A stretch of 64,000 nucleotides of DNA from Bacteroidota bacterium (lineage in GTDB: Bacteria; Bacteroidota; Bacteroidia; AKYH767-A; OLB10), in the NCBI GenBank assembly GCA_016714535.1, contig JADKDR010000005.1:358966-422965 (forward strand). The letters are read 5' to 3'. A program made the translations under genes and the position numbers. How positions within the stretch are numbered: position 1 is the stretch's first letter; every line of letters begins with the position of its first letter. Shown here piece after piece: positions 9,803 to 19,411 of the stretch. The notes beneath the pieces are model-generated. The model was not told the origin of the DNA, did not search any database, and saw nothing but the letters and a program-made list of their open reading frames with translations.

Positions 9803-11086
9803 ATGCAAAAAATAATAGTTCTCGTTCTCGCTTATTTCTTCTCACAATTAAGCCTTATTGCTCAAGATGCTATAATCAGGTGCGGAACCACCGAGTATAT
9901 GGCAGGCAAAAGTTATGGCAATACCAAAGTTTTGGAAAATGAAAACCAAAACCAAATATCCGGTGTTATTGTTATACCTGTGGTTGTTCATGTACTATAC
10001 AAAGGAGAGCCTTTGGGTGTAGGTACAAACATACCTTCAGCACAAATTGAATCACAAATAGACATTTTGAACGAAGATTTTAGAGCGAATAACAACGACT
10101 TAAGTGCAGTACCTAATGTATTTAAGCCAGCAATTGGCGATTCCAAAATTCAATTTTGTCTGGCAAGCATAAATCCGGATAGCAACCCATCAAGCGGCAT
10201 TGTGCGCAAGTTGACTACCAATTCCTTTTTTACATTGGATGATAAAATCAAGTTTGATACCGCAGGTGGCAGCAATGCGTGGCCTGCTGACAGATATTTG
10301 AATATCTGGGTTGGTGATTTAAAGGATTTCGGTGGGGGCAGTTCGTTATTAGGTTATGCCACTTTTCCGGGCGGCCCGCCTGAAAATGATGGGATAGTTA
10401 TTTTATCTTCAGCTTTTGGCAATAAAGGTACAGTTAGCCCTCCTTATAATCGTGGACGCACCGTAACCCATGAGGTTGGGCATTGGTTGGGTCTCTATCA
10501 TATTTGGGGTGATTCGCAGTGTGGAGACGACTTCTGCGCAGATACCCCACCGCAAGAGGGGCCTAACTATGGTATTAACAGCGGACAAGGGTTTCAATGT
10601 CCTCAATTTCCGAAAATTTCTGCACTATGTGGAAATGCACCCGAAGGAGATATGTATATGAACTATATGGATTACACCTATGATAAATGCCTGAATATGT
10701 TTACAAAAATTCAGTGTAAAAGAATGAATAATGCCCTTGAAAATTTCAGATCATCCTTTTTTACAAACTCCATATGCGCGCCAGCACCTGCTGAGGTCGA
10801 TACTGCCGAAGTTGATTTTGAAATCTATCCTTCTTTATTTCTTCCCGGTGATGCAACAAATGAGCTTAATGTGCTTATAGTTGGAGAACTTAGTACCGAT
10901 ATAGAAGTTAATATTTACAACGCTTTAGGTCAATTATTTTTTAACGAGATTTATCTGAAGGATGAATATGCAACGCAAACCAAATTCATAATCGACACCT
11001 CCTTAATGCCGGGTGGTGGATATTTTATAAGAATATCAGCTAACAAAAAAGATTATGTAAAACGATTTGTAAAGTCAAAACAGTAA
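9803..11086 (+). CDS. M43-family zinc metallopeptidase, tandem paralogue, with T9SS C-terminal domain
   Basis: 427 aa. HEVGHWLGLYHIWGDS and MNYMDYTYD motifs. Same architecture as the preceding gene. Confidence 0.8.
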   Translation: MQKIIVLVLAYFFSQLSLIAQDAIIRCGTTEYMAGKSYGNTKVLENENQNQISGVIVIPVVVHVLYKGEPLGVGTNIPSAQIESQIDILNEDFRANNNDLSAVPNVFKPAIGDSKIQFCLASINPDSNPSSGIVRKLTTNSFFTLDDKIKFDTAGGSNAWPADRYLNIWVGDLKDFGGGSSLLGYATFPGGPPENDGIVILSSAFGNKGTVSPPYNRGRTVTHEVGHWLGLYHIWGDSQCGDDFCADTPPQEGPNYGINSGQGFQCPQFPKISALCGNAPEGDMYMNYMDYTYDKCLNMFTKIQCKRMNNALENFRSSFFTNSICAPAPAEVDTAEVDFEIYPSLFLPGDATNELNVLIVGELSTDIEVNIYNALGQLFFNEIYLKDEYATQTKFIIDTSLMPGGGYFIRISANKKDYVKRFVKSKQ

Positions 11087-12220
11087 ATGAAAACTTCAGA
11101 CTCCCAATTGAATTTGTTAGAGGGTTCAATAAAATCGATGCCCGTGCAAACCATAGTTGAAAAAGTTAAAAATAATATTAGACTAAGTAACCAAGATGCA
11201 TTAGTGTTATATCATACAGATATCAACCTGCTCGGAGTAAGGGCTAATGTGGTCAGAGAAAGAAAGAATGCCGACCATGTATATTTTAACCGCAATTTTC
11301 ATATTGAGCCTACCAACGTTTGTATCTTTAGTTGTAATTTTTGTTCCTATTCGCGTCAGTACAAAAATCGCGAAGAAGGATGGGAGCTTAGCTATGACGA
11401 AATGCTTGATAAAGTAAAAAGCTATGATGGACATCCAATTACCGAAGTACATATTGTTGGAGGCGTACATCCCAAAATGGACATATATTATTTTGCAAGG
11501 CTATTAAAGGCTATAAAGGAACATCGTCCCGATTTGCACATTAAAGCATTTACAGCAGTAGAATTGGACTATATGATAAAAAGGGCGAAGATGACCTATA
11601 GCGAGGGTCTTGGCTACCTAAAGGAGAATGGCCTGAACTCGATACCCGGAGGAGGAGCCGAAATATTTGCCACCGAAATCAGAGCTAAGATATGTGCCGA
11701 TAAATGCACCGCTGATGAATGGCTCGAAATACATGAAACTGCTCACAGGCTGAGCATGGCAAGCAACGCCACCATGCTCTATGGGCATATTGAAACCTAT
11801 GAGCACCGTATTCAACACATGAGCCTCTTGCGCGATTTGCAAGATAAAACAGGTGGTTTTAATACTTTTATTCCTCTTAAGTTTAGGAATAAGGATAACG
11901 ATATGTCGCACATAGAGGAGGTTAGTATGATAGAAGACCTTAAGAACTATGCTGTTTCCAGGCTTTTTCTAGACAATTTTAATCATGTTAAAGCGTACTG
12001 GCCTATGATTGGTCGCCAAACAACTCAGTTAGCACTTAGCTATGGAGTAGATGATATAGATGGAACCATTGATGATAGTACTAAAATTTATAGCATGGCC
12101 GGTTCCGAGGAGCAATCGCCAGCCATGACAACTTCGCAATTGGTAGATTTAATTAAAAATGCAGGACGGGTGCCAATTGAGCGCGACACCCTTTATAATG
12201 TTGTCAAAAACTGGAATTAA
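11087..12220 (+). CDS. Radical SAM enzyme of the MqnC/MqnE/CofH family (futalosine-pathway menaquinone biosynthesis type)
   Basis: 377 aa. CIFSCNFC radical-SAM cluster motif. Family-typical IPGGGAEIF…, MLYGHIET.EHRIQHM…TGGF…FIPL and C-terminal SYGVDDIDGT. The ATG directly abuts the stop of the upstream gene. Confidence 0.6.
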   Translation: MKTSDSQLNLLEGSIKSMPVQTIVEKVKNNIRLSNQDALVLYHTDINLLGVRANVVRERKNADHVYFNRNFHIEPTNVCIFSCNFCSYSRQYKNREEGWELSYDEMLDKVKSYDGHPITEVHIVGGVHPKMDIYYFARLLKAIKEHRPDLHIKAFTAVELDYMIKRAKMTYSEGLGYLKENGLNSIPGGGAEIFATEIRAKICADKCTADEWLEIHETAHRLSMASNATMLYGHIETYEHRIQHMSLLRDLQDKTGGFNTFIPLKFRNKDNDMSHIEEVSMIEDLKNYAVSRLFLDNFNHVKAYWPMIGRQTTQLALSYGVDDIDGTIDDSTKIYSMAGSEEQSPAMTTSQLVDLIKNAGRVPIERDTLYNVVKNWN

Positions 12221-12330
12221 TTAATGAGCCTGTTAATATTTGACTGAAATAATAGGCTGTCTGTTTTTGGATAGCAATTCGTTATGGTTTTTGTAAACAA
12301 AAACGTCAACATTCTTATTGCACCTTGATT

Positions 12331-12373
12331 TCTGCCGCATTTCCTTTCCTTAAAAACCGGCAGAATTTTTTTT
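12331..12373 (+). terminator. Rho-independent terminator
   Basis: tctgccg…cggcaga hairpin followed by a T8 run. Confidence 0.5.
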
Positions 12374-12482
12374 ACACAACAACTTACCACCTTAAAACCA
12401 ATACATAAAAAATGAGCAGGCCACAGCTTCTTGTTGTTCGAAAAATAATATCTCCACAGATTTGTATTTGAAATTATTCTTC

Positions 12483-12490
12483 TATATTTG
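12483..12490 (+). promoter_or_regulatory. -7 box TAnnTTTG for the rpmB-rpmG operon
   Basis: Sequence tatatttg lies 25 nt upstream of the rpmB ATG, with a TTG about 20 nt further upstream. Confidence 0.4.
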
Positions 12491-12514
12491 CACCCTTCAA
12501 AAAAAGAACAGGTT

Positions 12515-12748
12515 ATGTCAAAAATTTGTGATTTAACGGGAAAGACTTCGATAGGAGGAAATCACGTATCATTTTCGAATAAAAAAACCAAGCGCAGGTT
12601 TAATCCCAATCTTCAAACTAAGCGTTTTTTCATTCCGGAAACCGGCCAATGGATTACGTTAAAGGTTAGTACAAGTGCATTACGCACTATTAACAAATTG
12701 GGTATAAGCGCAGCTATAGAAAAGGTTTTTCGTAAAGGCAGCCTTTAA
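12515..12748 (+). CDS. rpmB: 50S ribosomal protein L28
   Basis: MSKICDLTGK…NHVSFSNKKTKRRFNPNLQ is the L28 signature. The start is the internal ATG of the track ORF. Confidence 0.9.
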   Translation: MSKICDLTGKTSIGGNHVSFSNKKTKRRFNPNLQTKRFFIPETGQWITLKVSTSALRTINKLGISAAIEKVFRKGSL

Positions 12749-12780
12749 TATTTAGGATTAACAGAAAAAATAACTGAACA

Positions 12781-12963
12781 ATGGCAAAAAAAGGAAATCG
12801 CATTCAAGTAATTTTAGAATGCACCGAGCACAAAAATAGTGGACAACCGGGTACTTCTCGTTATATTACTACCAAGAATAAGAAGAATGACCCTGAGCGT
12901 TTGGAGTTGAAAAAGTTCAACGCAGTGCTTAAGAAAATGACAGTTCACAAGGAAATCAAGTAA
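12781..12963 (+). CDS. rpmG: 50S ribosomal protein L33
   Basis: [18 protein letters not shown]…[11 protein letters not shown] is the L33 signature. Confidence 0.9.
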   Translation: MAKKGNRIQVILECTEHKNSGQPGTSRYITTKNKKNDPERLELKKFNAVLKKMTVHKEIK

Positions 12964-12992
12964 TTAATAATCTAAATTAATACGAAAATAAA

Positions 12993-13145
12993 ATGGCAAA
13001 GAAGGTTGTTGCGACACTAAAAACAGGAAAGGGAAAAGAGTTTTCGCGCGTAATTAAAATGGTTAAAACCGCATCAGGAGGATATTCATTCAAAGAAGAG
13101 ATTGTGCATAACGATCACGTAAAAGATTTTTTGAAAGATAAGTAA
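12993..13145 (+). CDS. DUF4295-family small protein (50 aa) conserved downstream of L28/L33 in Bacteroidota
   Basis: Translated by eye as MAKKVVATLKTGKGKEFSRVIKMVKTASGGYSFKEEIVHNDHVKDFLKDK. Shorter than the 60-aa cutoff of the ORF track. Confidence 0.65.
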   Translation: MAKKVVATLKTGKGKEFSRVIKMVKTASGGYSFKEEIVHNDHVKDFLKDK

Positions 13146-13170
13146 TTATCGCAATTCATAAAATATGTAA

Positions 13171-13207
13171 ATGGCTTCTTTCGCTTGTAGAGAGAAGCCA
13201 TTTTTTA
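13171..13207 (+). terminator. Rho-independent terminator of the L28-L33-DUF4295 operon
   Basis: atggcttct…agaagccat stem plus a T6 run. Confidence 0.55.
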
Positions 13208-13242
13208 TAAAGATATATTGAGAATAAAAAATAACAGGCCGT

Positions 13243-14211
13243 ATGGGTTTTTTCAGTAAAATATTTGGCAAATCAGAAAAGGAATCGTTGGACAAGGGGT
13301 TAGAAAAAACCCGTGACAATGTATTTACCAGAATTACCAAAGCGATAGCAGGTAAGTCAGCCATAGATGATGAAATACTAGATCAGTTGGAGGAGATACT
13401 GGTTTCGTCAGATGTAGGAGTAAATACTACCTTGACTATCATTGAAAGAATTCAAGCCCGGGTTGCAAAGGATAAGTACGTGGGAGCAAACCAACTCCAT
13501 CAAATGTTAAAGGAAGAAATTACCATGTTGCTTAATGAGCAGCAAGGAGATTTAACTCCGGCTAATATATATGATTCTACTAAGAAGCCCTATGTAATAA
13601 TGGTGGTAGGTGTAAATGGCGTTGGTAAAACTACCACAATTGGCAAACTTGCCAATCATTTTAAGCAAGACGGCAAGTCGGTTTTGCTGGGAGCGGCCGA
13701 TACTTTTAGGGCAGCAGCTGTTGATCAGCTAACTATTTGGAGTAAACGTGTAGATGTGCCAATCATTAGCCAAGGAATGGGTGCCGACCCTGCTTCGGTT
13801 GCTTTTGATACCGTGCAAGCAGCCAAAGCACGTGAAGTGGATATTGCATTGATAGATACTGCCGGGCGGCTGCATAATAAGACCAGCCTGATGAATGAAT
13901 TAGGAAAAATTAAACGCGTAATGCAAAAGGTGATTCCCGATGCTCCCCACGAAATACTACTTGTACTTGATGCAAGTACCGGTCAGAATGCGATTGAACA
14001 AGCCAGGCAGTTTATTTCTGTTACCGAGGTAAATGCGTTGGCATTAACTAAACTTGATGGAACAGCCAAGGGTGGTGTTGTTATCGGCATCAGTAATGAA
14101 TTTAAAATACCGGTTAAGTACATTGGAGTAGGAGAGAAAATAGAAGACCTACAGTTGTTTAATAAAATGGAATTTGTTAACTCATTATTTAAAGAAACAA
14201 TAATGGCGTAA
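13243..14211 (+). CDS. ftsY: Signal recognition particle receptor FtsY
   Basis: 322 aa. SRP GTPase motifs GVNGVGKTTT and DTAGR. Has the NG domain but lacks a long acidic A domain. Confidence 0.9.
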   Translation: MGFFSKIFGKSEKESLDKGLEKTRDNVFTRITKAIAGKSAIDDEILDQLEEILVSSDVGVNTTLTIIERIQARVAKDKYVGANQLHQMLKEEITMLLNEQQGDLTPANIYDSTKKPYVIMVVGVNGVGKTTTIGKLANHFKQDGKSVLLGAADTFRAAAVDQLTIWSKRVDVPIISQGMGADPASVAFDTVQAAKAREVDIALIDTAGRLHNKTSLMNELGKIKRVMQKVIPDAPHEILLVLDASTGQNAIEQARQFISVTEVNALALTKLDGTAKGGVVIGISNEFKIPVKYIGVGEKIEDLQLFNKMEFVNSLFKETIMA

Positions 14212-14233
14212 CTATATCCCTATATGTTGTAGC

Positions 14234-14740
14234 ATGCAATCTATCCAAAAGAATATTTTTATTTTATTAATACTATTGGCAGTATTTCCAGTACTGGCGA
14301 ATGCTCAAGCATTATCTGGAAAACAGTTTGAGATTTTTTGGTCCGATAATCTCGGCTTTCAATTATTAAGACAAGATTACCGATTAACTGCGGATAGCCT
14401 TGTAATAGCGGGTTTGTCAGATGATGGAAAGTCTACCGTAAATTATCTGAATCGAAAACTTAGCCGCAAGGAAAGAAAAATCGTAAGAAAGTTTGTAAAC
14501 GATTATCGTTTCGATTTGCTCGATACCGTTTACTATAAAGACTTTGCAAATCTGGGTTATATTAGCTACGACCATTATCCAAGAGTTATCAAATTTAATT
14601 ACCGCAGTGCTTTTTATACGCGAAGTTGTTCTATAACCAATTGTTATGTTGACAAGGCGGGGGACTTTATCATTTTTCTTAATCAGCTTTTGCCACCCGA
14701 AGTGAGAATTTCATACAAGAAGGAAAATTTTAAAGAGTAA
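14234..14740 (+). CDS. Hypothetical secreted protein
   Basis: 168 aa with a signal peptide (…VLANAQA). Confidence 0.45.
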   Translation: MQSIQKNIFILLILLAVFPVLANAQALSGKQFEIFWSDNLGFQLLRQDYRLTADSLVIAGLSDDGKSTVNYLNRKLSRKERKIVRKFVNDYRFDLLDTVYYKDFANLGYISYDHYPRVIKFNYRSAFYTRSCSITNCYVDKAGDFIIFLNQLLPPEVRISYKKENFKE

Positions 14741-14765
14741 AAAGAACATATAATCCGCTATCGTC

Positions 14766-15344
14766 ATGTTTAAGTTAAAGCTTGCCACTGACCCACGATG
14801 GGTAAATATTGCAGAAGAAAACATAGAAGAGATATTGATAGATCATGCCTACTGCGAACAAAAGGCTGCAAGTAATGCAATTTCATTAATCATTTTATAT
14901 CCTGAATTTTCGGACTTGGTTGAGTCAATGATTGAAATTGCCCAGGAGGAAATGGCACATTTTAAAATGGTGCATCAACTGTTGTTGCAAAGAGGTATGA
15001 AGCTTGGCAAGTCAAGAAAAGATGAGTATGTAAATTTATTATTGGAGTTTATGCGCAAAGGGGCTAACCTTAATCAAATTATGGTAGACAGGCTGCTGTT
15101 TGCAGCCATGATTGAAGCGCGCAGTTGTGAGCGATTTCGTATACTTAGCGAAAAGCTTACCGATAATTTTCTTGCTGGTTTTTATCGCGATTTAATGATT
15201 AGCGAAGCTAATCATTATACAACCTTCATAAATTTTGCACGCAAATATGGTAAGGAAGATGTTGATCAGCGTTGGGAAGAAATTTTACAATACGAAGCAG
15301 AAATTATGAAGCGCTTTAGTGTGAAGGAAACGATACATGGCTAA
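14766..15344 (+). CDS. miaE: tRNA-(ms2io6A37)-hydroxylase MiaE
   Basis: 192 aa. DHAYCEQKAASNAISLII…EEMAHF matches the di-iron MiaE family signature (DHMYCEQKAA). Confidence 0.75.
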   Translation: MFKLKLATDPRWVNIAEENIEEILIDHAYCEQKAASNAISLIILYPEFSDLVESMIEIAQEEMAHFKMVHQLLLQRGMKLGKSRKDEYVNLLLEFMRKGANLNQIMVDRLLFAAMIEARSCERFRILSEKLTDNFLAGFYRDLMISEANHYTTFINFARKYGKEDVDQRWEEILQYEAEIMKRFSVKETIHG

Positions 15345-15395
15345 TTCCTTTTTGCAGTTAGCATATTTGTTCCCCGATTTTCTTTCTTTTGTCAT

Positions 15396-16688
15396 ATGAT
15401 TTTGGTCTTCAGAATTTTGTGGTTAGTGTTGTATGTAAAGATAATACGTAATAATCGATTCTTCTTTTTCCGAAGATTACATCCACTTAATTTTCAACTT
15501 GCTTTTCTTGTTAAGTTGTTTTTTGCATTCGCCATGTTTTTAATTTATACCTTTTATTACACCAATAGGCAAACTGCAGACATATTTCGATATTATGATG
15601 ATGCCCGACTAATCTTACAGCATTTGCAGATAAAGCCATTTGCAACATACGATTTTTTACAAGGCCATTTTACAAGCGAAAATTATAGTTTGCGGGTAAG
15701 TGTTAATAATTGGGAAAATGCGAAGCATTCATATTCCAGTAATCATGTAATGATAATAATGAATGCAGGCTTGATATTAGTTTCGGCTGGCGATTATCTG
15801 ATACAAATGATGTTTTTTACTTTTTTATCATTTGTAGGATTGATGGCGCTGTTCAAGGTTTTTAGTAAGTACTCGCAAACTCCACCCGGTGTATTGTTTG
15901 TGCTCCTATTTTTGCTTCCTTCTATATTATTTTGGACGTCAGGAATTTTGAAGGAAGCCCTAACCATATTTGGATTGGGCCTGATGATTTTTCATTTCTC
16001 AAAATTCATTTCTAACGCTGCTACTTACCTGGATCTTATTGGTATAATAGCTGTTATGTTGATGCTTGCATTTTTAAAATTTTACGTGGTATTAATTGTG
16101 TTGCCATGTTTGTTGATTTTAAGTATTGTACGCAAGTTAATAAAAAGGCATTCCGTAAGCATTGCATGGTGGTTTGCGGGCGTAAGTCTTTTTTATCTTT
16201 TAATGTTTTTGTTCAGTCATTATGTTGGAAGTATCAATGTATTAACAGCTCTAATTGAAAAGCGTAAGGCTTTTATTGTTCTCGCCCAACAAATGAATGC
16301 GGGCAGTTATTTTTCTACTCCCGATTTTTCAAACTATTCACAATTGATAGTGGCATTGCCTCGCGCGTTTATCAATACATTGTTGCGCCCGTTTTCTGAT
16401 TGGTCCAACCCATTTATCGTAATTTCGGCTATCGAAAATGCTGTTGTATTGTTGCTTACATTGGTTGCCATGTATAATAGAAAAAAGCAAACAGATCTTA
16501 ATTTACTTTGTGTATCGGTTGTGGTGGCCGGCTTTTCCTTACTTGGATTGATAGTGCCTGTGGAGGGTGCATTAGTTCGATATAAATCCATCTTTCTACC
16601 TTTCCTGATGATTTGGATAGCTGATAATATCGATTTGAATGCGATGGCTTCTCGATATGGCTTTATCAAAAAAATAATAAACATTTGA
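15396..16688 (+). CDS. Polytopic membrane protein (at least 10 TM segments), paralogue A; possibly a GT-C-like glycosyltransferase
   Basis: 430 aa and highly hydrophobic. A conserved ADIF(R)YYDD motif sits in the first extracytoplasmic loop. The C-terminal RYKSIFLPFL…DL segment is shared with the next gene. Confidence 0.5.
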   Translation: MILVFRILWLVLYVKIIRNNRFFFFRRLHPLNFQLAFLVKLFFAFAMFLIYTFYYTNRQTADIFRYYDDARLILQHLQIKPFATYDFLQGHFTSENYSLRVSVNNWENAKHSYSSNHVMIIMNAGLILVSAGDYLIQMMFFTFLSFVGLMALFKVFSKYSQTPPGVLFVLLFLLPSILFWTSGILKEALTIFGLGLMIFHFSKFISNAATYLDLIGIIAVMLMLAFLKFYVVLIVLPCLLILSIVRKLIKRHSVSIAWWFAGVSLFYLLMFLFSHYVGSINVLTALIEKRKAFIVLAQQMNAGSYFSTPDFSNYSQLIVALPRAFINTLLRPFSDWSNPFIVISAIENAVVLLLTLVAMYNRKKQTDLNLLCVSVVVAGFSLLGLIVPVEGALVRYKSIFLPFLMIWIADNIDLNAMASRYGFIKKIINI

Positions 16689-17986
16689 TCGAGGCAGTAT
16701 TATTTACAGTGCTTGCTTTAGGCATGCTTTATGGCATCATAAGATTGCCTTTTTTTAAATTATCCGGGGTTCCAAATAAAATCATTGCAATAATTTTTAT
16801 TCTAAAAATTGGAATCGTTCAGGTACAAGTAAATTTGGCAAAAAAGTATGATGTTAATGCCGACATCTATCATGTGTTTGAAGGCACAAGGCCCTTTGCA
16901 AAATTATTTCTCACAGATAAAACCACTGCCTTTAGTATTTTTTGGGGACAGGCTAATGATGTGCAAGTTAAACCAATTACAAGCAATTTTCCCGGTTGGA
17001 ATCACCGACTTCAAACTCACAATGATACGCGCACTTTAATAAGGCTTAATATGGTTGCCATTCCGCTTCATTGGTTTTATTTTAGTATTATGAATTTGTG
17101 GTGGGCATTTTTTTCGCTTTGTGCTTCAGTGTTTTTGTGTCGTAAAATTCCATCGTTACCTGCATTTGCAATGCTGTATAATAAATCAGCTATCCAGTTG
17201 GCGTTTTTTATTTGCACCACATCACTACCGGGATGTTTGTTTTGGTTTTCGATGGCTTTTAAGGAAACAGTAGCATGGTGTTTCTTTGCCTTGTTTATTA
17301 TAGCTCTTTCTAATGTTATAGCACGGCCGGGTTTTGTCAATATCGCGTGGTTTGTACTTTCTCTGCTCATTTTTACATCAATAAAACTCTATTTTGCAGT
17401 TGCAGTAATGGTATTCTTGCTATTTTATTTTACGGCAAACTATTTTCGAAGATTTAACCCGATAGTTGCTAGTCTGCTTATTTTTGCTTGCATTGTTTCA
17501 TCCTGGATTTTTGCAGAAGTATTTTTAAACTACCATCAGTTTTCTTTGGCAATTTATCAGCAAGCAAACAATACGGTTAATTATGCTGCCAAAGTAGATG
17601 CAAGCACACTATTGCCTTCACTACTTCAAGGTCCATCGGTGTTCGAAATTCTGCTAGCCATTCCCGAAGCAATATTTAGAATTCTTGCGATTCCATTTTT
17701 TCCCGAAACAAATAATGCTAAACTGTTGTTTCCTATTTTAGAGAATTATGTTTTATTTTCCTTGTTATTAATAGGCATGTTTCATTTCAGATATAAAAAG
17801 GAATTTGCATTAATTTCAATTGCTATGCTCTTTTTTGCATTAAGTTCCACTGCACTTATTGGTATAACTACACCCATTATAGGAACATATATTCGGTATA
17901 AGGTTCTTTTTACTCCATTTATTTTATTGGCTCTGGCATTACATATTGATTTAAGTAGTATTAAAATCTTTCGGAAATGGAGTTAA
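16685..17986 (+). CDS. Polytopic membrane protein, paralogue B of the preceding gene
   Basis: 433 aa. Overlaps the upstream stop by 4 nt. Shares the ADIYHV… loop motif and the C-terminal RYKVLFTPF…DL motif. Confidence 0.5.
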   Translation: MIEAVLFTVLALGMLYGIIRLPFFKLSGVPNKIIAIIFILKIGIVQVQVNLAKKYDVNADIYHVFEGTRPFAKLFLTDKTTAFSIFWGQANDVQVKPITSNFPGWNHRLQTHNDTRTLIRLNMVAIPLHWFYFSIMNLWWAFFSLCASVFLCRKIPSLPAFAMLYNKSAIQLAFFICTTSLPGCLFWFSMAFKETVAWCFFALFIIALSNVIARPGFVNIAWFVLSLLIFTSIKLYFAVAVMVFLLFYFTANYFRRFNPIVASLLIFACIVSSWIFAEVFLNYHQFSLAIYQQANNTVNYAAKVDASTLLPSLLQGPSVFEILLAIPEAIFRILAIPFFPETNNAKLLFPILENYVLFSLLLIGMFHFRYKKEFALISIAMLFFALSSTALIGITTPIIGTYIRYKVLFTPFILLALALHIDLSSIKIFRKWS

Positions 17987-18399
17987 AGCAATTGATTAAT
18001 ACTACCACTAAACCCATCATTTTTTTTGATGGTTATTGTAACTTGTGCAATGTTGCAATACAGCTTATTATCAAGCACGACCAACATCAACAATTTTTAT
18101 TTTCTACACTTACAGGCGAGTTTGCTTTGGCCAATAACCTATTTGGTCACATACAAATGGAGCAGGATACCATGGCATTATGGGTTAATAATCGACTATA
18201 TATACGAAGCGATGCCGTAATTGAAATAGCCAAACGCCTTGGCGGATGGTTTGTCATCATTAGTTATACTAAAATATTCCCAAAGTTTATTCGAAATGGA
18301 GTTTACAATATCATAGCAAAAAGCCGGTATAGATTGTTTGGCAAGAGGGCAAATTGTATGATTCCCGACCAGGCACTATTGGCACGATTTGTCAAATAG
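17977..18399 (+). CDS. DCC-family thiol-disulfide oxidoreductase (DUF393)
   Basis: 140 aa. FFDGYCNLCN motif near the N-terminus. Overlaps the upstream gene by 10 nt. Confidence 0.7.
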   Translation: MELKQLINTTTKPIIFFDGYCNLCNVAIQLIIKHDQHQQFLFSTLTGEFALANNLFGHIQMEQDTMALWVNNRLYIRSDAVIEIAKRLGGWFVIISYTKIFPKFIRNGVYNIIAKSRYRLFGKRANCMIPDQALLARFVK

Positions 18400-18508
18400 A
18401 ATACAAGTGGCCGGCATTCGCCTAAAATAATTACACATAAAATTTTGTTAGCATAATATTTGTTTACATTTTGCGTCATTCTTTCTACTCATTAATATTC
18501 AATTTTAA

Positions 18509-19408
18509 ATGGAAAATAATAATTCAAAAAGTGGTAACACCACAAAAGTTGTATTGGGCGTATTACTTGCAGCTTCGCTGGGAGGTAATGTTTACCAAAT
18601 GCAAAACACAAAAACCGAAGTTCAATATGTTCAAGCCAAAGCCGATTCGCTTGTAATTGAAAAAACGGATATTGAAAACGAGCTTAAAGCAACCTACGAT
18701 GAGCTGGATAAATACAAAGGCCAGAATGCCCAGCTTGATAGCCTCCTGGCCGAAGCTAATAGCCGGGTAGATGACCAGAAATTGCGAATTAATCAACTTA
18801 TTAAAACGAGTAAAAATTCGCAAGAGCTGAATTCTAAATTGCAAGCTGAGTTAGCCTCATTGCGCGAAATGCGCGACCAGTATCTGGATAAAATTGATTC
18901 GCTCATGTTGGCAAATCAACAGCTTACAGTTGATAAAGAAAATCTTACGGGCAAAGTGGATGAGTTAACCAAAGACCTCGCATCTACAGTTGACAAGGCA
19001 AGCATTGTTGGAGTAGAGTACGTAAAATTGGCAACATTTAAGAAACGTGGAAATGATAAGTACAGCGTAACTTCGTTGGCTAAGCGTACCAATAAATTTG
19101 AATCTTCGTTTACCATTATGGACAATAAAATAGCCAAGGCTGGAGAAAAGGTAGTATATTTACAAATAACCGAACCAGGTGGCAAGGTACTTGGCAACCG
19201 CAGCGAAGGCTCAAATAAATTTACTGTAAAGGGAAGCAACGAAGAACAACTTTTTACCACCTCTACAAAAATAAATTACAACAATGATAAGCAGGAAGTA
19301 ACCATGAAATATGAAGAAGAAGAGCGCAATTTTGTAGCCGGTGCGTATAAAGTAAATATCTATCTCGATAATATGCTTGTGTCGTCAACAAACATTTTTT
19401 TAAAGTAA
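18509..19408 (+). CDS. Membrane-anchored coiled-coil protein with C-terminal beta-rich domain
   Basis: 299 aa. N-terminal TM segment, about 150 aa of heptad-like Q/E/K/L-rich sequence, then a beta-strand-rich tail. Confidence 0.45.
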   Translation: MENNNSKSGNTTKVVLGVLLAASLGGNVYQMQNTKTEVQYVQAKADSLVIEKTDIENELKATYDELDKYKGQNAQLDSLLAEANSRVDDQKLRINQLIKTSKNSQELNSKLQAELASLREMRDQYLDKIDSLMLANQQLTVDKENLTGKVDELTKDLASTVDKASIVGVEYVKLATFKKRGNDKYSVTSLAKRTNKFESSFTIMDNKIAKAGEKVVYLQITEPGGKVLGNRSEGSNKFTVKGSNEEQLFTTSTKINYNNDKQEVTMKYEEEERNFVAGAYKVNIYLDNMLVSSTNIFLK

Positions 19409-19411
19409 AGC

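Noticed and set aside
11084-11090. M43 peptidase stop directly abutting the radical-SAM gene start (taaATG) as evidence of a functional operon
   Set aside because: Tight spacing is common in compact Bacteroidota genomes. A secreted protease and a menaquinone-pathway enzyme have no plausible functional link. Treated as coincidental co-transcription.
13146-13364. 72-aa minus-strand ORF spanning the L28-operon terminator and the ftsY start
   Set aside because: It covers a clear rho-independent terminator hairpin and the ftsY 5' end. Spurious.
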